Origin: Desulfatiglandales bacterium
Lineage (GTDB): Bacteria; Desulfobacterota; DSM-4660; Desulfatiglandales; HGW-15
Length of the DNA: 64,000 bases
Direction: 5' to 3'
Assembly: GCA_963667015.2 (NCBI GenBank)
Contig: CAXXJJ010000001.1
Span: 96,001-160,000 of the forward strand
Below, in pieces: positions 60,801-64,000 of the stretch (positions within the stretch are counted from its first letter, which is position 1; each line of letters opens with the position of its first letter). A program made the translations under genes and the position numbers. The notes below the pieces were generated by a model. That model had not been told where the DNA came from. It was given only the letters and a program-made list of their open reading frames with translations, and searched no databases.

Positions 60801-61116
60801 ACATTTTGGATTTACCCGACACTCCTTCATATTGTTAATAATTTAAACCAGTTATTTTGAATAGTGCAACCATAAAAAAATGGAAAAATCAGGTTTATAA
60901 CTTATTTATAAAATGTAAGGCGTTAATACGATATTATTGTAAATAAATCAATTAGTTAAGCGAAATATGATGATATTAGAGGTTCGAACCTCTGCAAATT
61001 TCGGAAAATTTGCCCGATATACAATTTTTCAATACTTTCCTAAAAATATATCTATTTGAAATAATTCAAATTAATTGAAAGACAGTGAGAAAACTGCAAC
61101 ACAAGAGCGGAAAATG

Positions 61117-61145
61117 TTGACAAATATAAACATTCCGTTTATCAT
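61117..61145 (+). promoter_or_regulatory. Integrase promoter (Pint) with overlapping palindrome
   Basis: TTGACA-N17-TATCAT; ATAAAC-N5-GTTTAT at 61126-61142. Confidence 0.7.
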
Positions 61146-61228
61146 TAGGGCACTTCGCAAGTAATAGTGATTTAAAAGTCATAAAACCACATTCTATAAG
61201 TCTTGTCAAAAATTTTAAGGAGGCAATA

Positions 61229-61282
61229 ATGAAACTTCTTGATCAGGTAAGGCAGGTTATGAGGAAAAGGCAGGCTATTAGA
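61229..61282 (+). pseudogene. intI: Integron integrase N-terminal stub
   Basis: AGGAGG RBS; MKLLDQVRQVMRKRQAIR resembles IntI 'KLLDQVR..R'; similarity ends at heptamer repeats; divergent from the array as expected. Confidence 0.75.
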
Positions 61283-61660
61283 CTGAAGGCTGAAGGCTGT
61301 TAGGGTAAAAGATGTATAAAAGCGAGAGAGGATAACAGGCTGAAGACTGTTAGCCTGAAGGCTGTTAGGAGAAATAGAGGTCAGATGTCAGAGGTCGGTG
61401 CATCAGGAAACTTAAAATCTACGCAGAGCGTCAGAAGAGAACGTTCCCACGGTGGACTTAGGAACGAGAAATACCGGGCTAAAGAAGCTAGTTAGCCGAA
61501 GGCTGGCAGTGAAAGAGGGCGAAAGATTTTTCGCCACTACGAAAGACAAAAAAATCTGGATTCCGCGGTCGGGGCAGTGGAATGACGGCGGGGTTGTGGA
61601 TTCCACTGTCCCCGAAACAGTATCGGGATCTTCGACAAGCCGTGGAATGACGAATGATTT
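61270..61660. repeat. Cluster of short repeats and REP/MITE-like remnants
   Basis: AGGCTGA/AGACTGT heptamers; REP copy at 61517-61540; GGATTCC...GGAATGAC units. Confidence 0.6.
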
Positions 61661-62315
61661 ACAGGGTTCGGCAGGTCCAGATAATGCGGCCTATTATGCG
61701 CATACTGTTTATGCCTTCACCTTCAACAACGATGGGTTCGTACTCTTTGTTATCACTCCTTAAAAGTATCTTCCCGGGGTGCTTTTCTATACGTTTTATC
61801 ATTATTGTATCGTCTATGCCCACTGCGTAGACAAGGCCGGGTATTATGCTGTTCTGAGAGCTGTCAACAAGGACAGTGTCACCTGATTTCAACTCAGGCT
61901 CCATGCTGTTGCCGAAGACCTCCATTAATACCATTTTATCCGGCTGTCCCTTTCGTTTGAGCCATTCGCTCTGAAAGAGATATCTGTTGTTTGTTCCTTC
62001 ATCTGTTTCAAATGAGCCGTCACCCGCACACAGCCTTGCCTTCACCTTTGTGATGCCCATGAATTCAGGCTGCGTCAGCCCTGTTTCTTTTATTTTTAAA
62101 AACACGGGACCTGTTCCTGTTTCTATCCAGTCGGGACTTACCCCATGCTTTGAAAACAGAATTAAGAGCCATTTGTCAGGAACAACTCCCTTTTTTTTGG
62201 CCTGGGTAATGGCTGAGCGGTTAAGGTCAAGTACTGCTGCAAGATCGATCTGGGAGTCTATACCCAGTGCCTCAAAGGCCCTTTTGCAGAATGTTTTGAA
62301 TTTTATTTCAGGCAT
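61659..62315 (-). CDS. Phage CI-like/XRE repressor with S24 autopeptidase
   Basis: HTH 'SQIDLAAVLDLNRSAITQAKK'; 'AG' cleavage site; 'GNSMEP'; 'IKR'. Confidence 0.9.
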   Translation of the reverse strand: MPEIKFKTFCKRAFEALGIDSQIDLAAVLDLNRSAITQAKKKGVVPDKWLLILFSKHGVSPDWIETGTGPVFLKIKETGLTQPEFMGITKVKARLCAGDGSFETDEGTNNRYLFQSEWLKRKGQPDKMVLMEVFGNSMEPELKSGDTVLVDSSQNSIIPGLVYAVGIDDTIMIKRIEKHPGKILLRSDNKEYEPIVVEGEGINSMRIIGRIIWTCRTL

Positions 62316-62564
62316 TTTGTTTCCTTTCTTCCTCAACCCCTTCAGTCAGTAGAGAGGAATCAGTTTATATCTTTATTTAACATGTTGATTATAAAATGCA
62401 ACAATGGGTGAGTAAAGTCAAGATTTTGATGTATAGACACTGTGGACTGAATAGGCTCCTGCATTAAAAAGTGTATAATCCTGAATACTTAAAGGTTGTG
62501 TGGCAGATTAATAAATGGTAAAAAGGGCTTTAAAAAACTTCCACTAAAAAGGAAAGGGCTAACC

Positions 62565-62789
62565 GTGAGTGAACTTAACAATGAAGTGCGTTTTGGTAAA
62601 GTAGCGGCTGATATGGGTTTTATTACTATGGATCAGATGCTTAAGGCCATAGAAATCCAGGTTAGAGAAAACATCGCTTTTGGAACCCATAGAAAAATAG
62701 GTATGATTTTACTCGAAGAGGGGCATATCACCAATGCGCAGATAGATGAAGTGCTGATGGTGATGGAAGCACGAAACCAGATTGATTAA
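62565..62789 (+). CDS. Stand-alone MshEN-like small protein
   Basis: Two repeats 'RFGKVAADMGFIT' and 'KIGMILLEEGHIT'. Confidence 0.65.
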   Translation: MSELNNEVRFGKVAADMGFITMDQMLKAIEIQVRENIAFGTHRKIGMILLEEGHITNAQIDEVLMVMEARNQID

Positions 62790-62804
62790 TCCCTCCGTTG
62801 TTTT

Positions 62805-63527
62805 TCACAGCAGGTACTCAGTCTTAACATTCTGAAGGGCATGAAATATATTGCCCTTTATTTTTCTGCTGGTTTTATATAATGCATGGAGCATTGTTTT
62901 AATCTCCTCCCGCTTGGACTTTCCGGATGTCGGGCATCCTGTTTTTATTACAGGAAATTCCATTATCCTGGCATATCTTTTAATGATGTGCTCATCCGTC
63001 ATAAAGAGAGGCCTTATTACCTGCAGGGAACCTTCAAAAAAGTCCTGTACTGGCAGCATTGTACTTAGTGATCCGCCATAAAACATGTTGATAAACAGGG
63101 TTTCTATGATGTCATCCTTGTGATGGCCAAGGGCTACCTTGTTGCATTTCAGTTCTCCTGCCAGTTCAAACACATATTTCCTCCTGACCCTTGAACACAA
63201 AAAACATGGGTTTTCAAGGTTTTCCGGACTGTGTGCCTTTGGTCCGAAATCACCTGTGAGGATTTTATAATCAAACCCGTGCTCTTCAAAATAGGCCTTC
63301 ATCAGGGCGGCGTTATCACCGCCAAAGCCGGGGTCCACATGAACGGCAGTTATTTTGTATTTTATGGGAAGCCTCCTCAGGCGTTCATGTAAAAGCCACA
63401 GGAGGGACATGCTGTCCTTTCCTCCGGAAACAGAAACAAGGATGTTATCCCCTTCTTCGGTCATGTTGTACTTGTGTATGGCCTGGCCCATGAGCCGGCG
63501 CATTTCTTTATGCACATACTTTGTCAT
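62805..63527 (-). CDS. ttcA: tRNA 2-thiocytidine biosynthesis protein
   Basis: PP-loop 'SGGKDS', 'CFLCS', 'GHHKDD', 'IRPL'. Confidence 0.88.
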   Translation of the reverse strand: MTKYVHKEMRRLMGQAIHKYNMTEEGDNILVSVSGGKDSMSLLWLLHERLRRLPIKYKITAVHVDPGFGGDNAALMKAYFEEHGFDYKILTGDFGPKAHSPENLENPCFLCSRVRRKYVFELAGELKCNKVALGHHKDDIIETLFINMFYGGSLSTMLPVQDFFEGSLQVIRPLFMTDEHIIKRYARIMEFPVIKTGCPTSGKSKREEIKTMLHALYKTSRKIKGNIFHALQNVKTEYLL

Positions 63528-64000
63528 GCGTAATGCCGTTCCCCGAAAAGCCTTGTTCCTATTCTTACAAGATTGGCGCCTTCTTCAATGGCTACCTTGT
63601 ATGAATCCGACATGCCCATGGAGAGATATTTCATCTCAACCCCTTCAATGCCTGCCTTTCTGATGAAGTCAAACAGTTCACCTGTTTTTTTATAATAGGG
63701 CCTTGAATCCTCCGGATCATCACTGAAGGGTCCCATGGTCATGAGTCCCATTACCCTGATACTGGAAAGGGCGGTCATTTCCTTTATGAGGGGGATGACA
63801 TCATCCGGCATTACGCCTGCCTTCTGTTCTTCTTCTCCGCTGTTTATCTCTAAAAGTACGGGCATTACCCTGCCGGCGTCCGAACACGCTTTATCAATGA
63901 GCCTGCAGAGTTTTATGGAATCCACTGTCTCGATCATGTCGAATATGTTAACGGCCTTTTTGACCTTGTTTTTTTGAAGATGGCCTATCATGTGCCACTT
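63524..64000 (-). CDS. yggS: YggS/PLPBP family protein (5' end outside window)
   Basis: 'HMIGHLQKNK', 'GLMTM', 'LSMGMS', 'RIGT'. Confidence 0.95.
   Translation of the reverse strand, partial: KWHMIGHLQKNKVKKAVNIFDMIETVDSIKLCRLIDKACSDAGRVMPVLLEINSGEEEQKAGVMPDDVIPLIKEMTALSSIRVMGLMTMGPFSDDPEDSRPYYKKTGELFDFIRKAGIEGVEMKYLSMGMSDSYKVAIEEGANLVRIGTRLFGERHYA

Noticed and set aside
61659..62315. Prophage implied by the CI-like repressor
   Set aside because: No phage integrase, replication or structural genes; the neighbours are ttcA and yggS.

Overview
Bacterial chromosomal window whose gene content suggests Desulfobacterota or another deltaproteobacterium (inference). 1-15.2 kb: two convergent exopolysaccharide (Wzx/Wzy-type) operons. 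A motB-motA pair sits next to them, and both it and the minus-strand operon have sigma-54-like promoters. 17.8-29.9 kb: metabolic genes, an intact IS4-superfamily element, a BlaI/BlaR1-type operon with twin operators, and a wrecked ECF sigma/anti-sigma locus (IS110 fragment, IS630 insertion), followed by a RAYT with its REP palindromes. 30-48.3 kb: housekeeping genes (rarA, dnaE, ydbH-ynbE-ydbL, kinases, rubrerythrin, MDH-like, RNase H, NUDIX, aspartate kinase, sixA). 48.6-48.97 kb: an ORF-free, extensively base-paired ~370-nt segment that looks like an unannotated large ncRNA. 49.6-60.8 kb: a minus-strand integron cassette array of about 17 cassettes, with 11 intact attC sites and further decayed ones. 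Its integrase survives only as a 17-codon stub at 61229. The array includes a duplicated ORF-less hairpin cassette, candidate anti-phage cassettes (Mrr_N-nuclease, HEPN), paralogous membrane-protein cassettes and a group II intron 3' remnant. The window ends with a CI/S24 repressor, a stand-alone MshEN-like protein, ttcA and partial yggS. All family calls come from motif recognition by eye; no searches were run.
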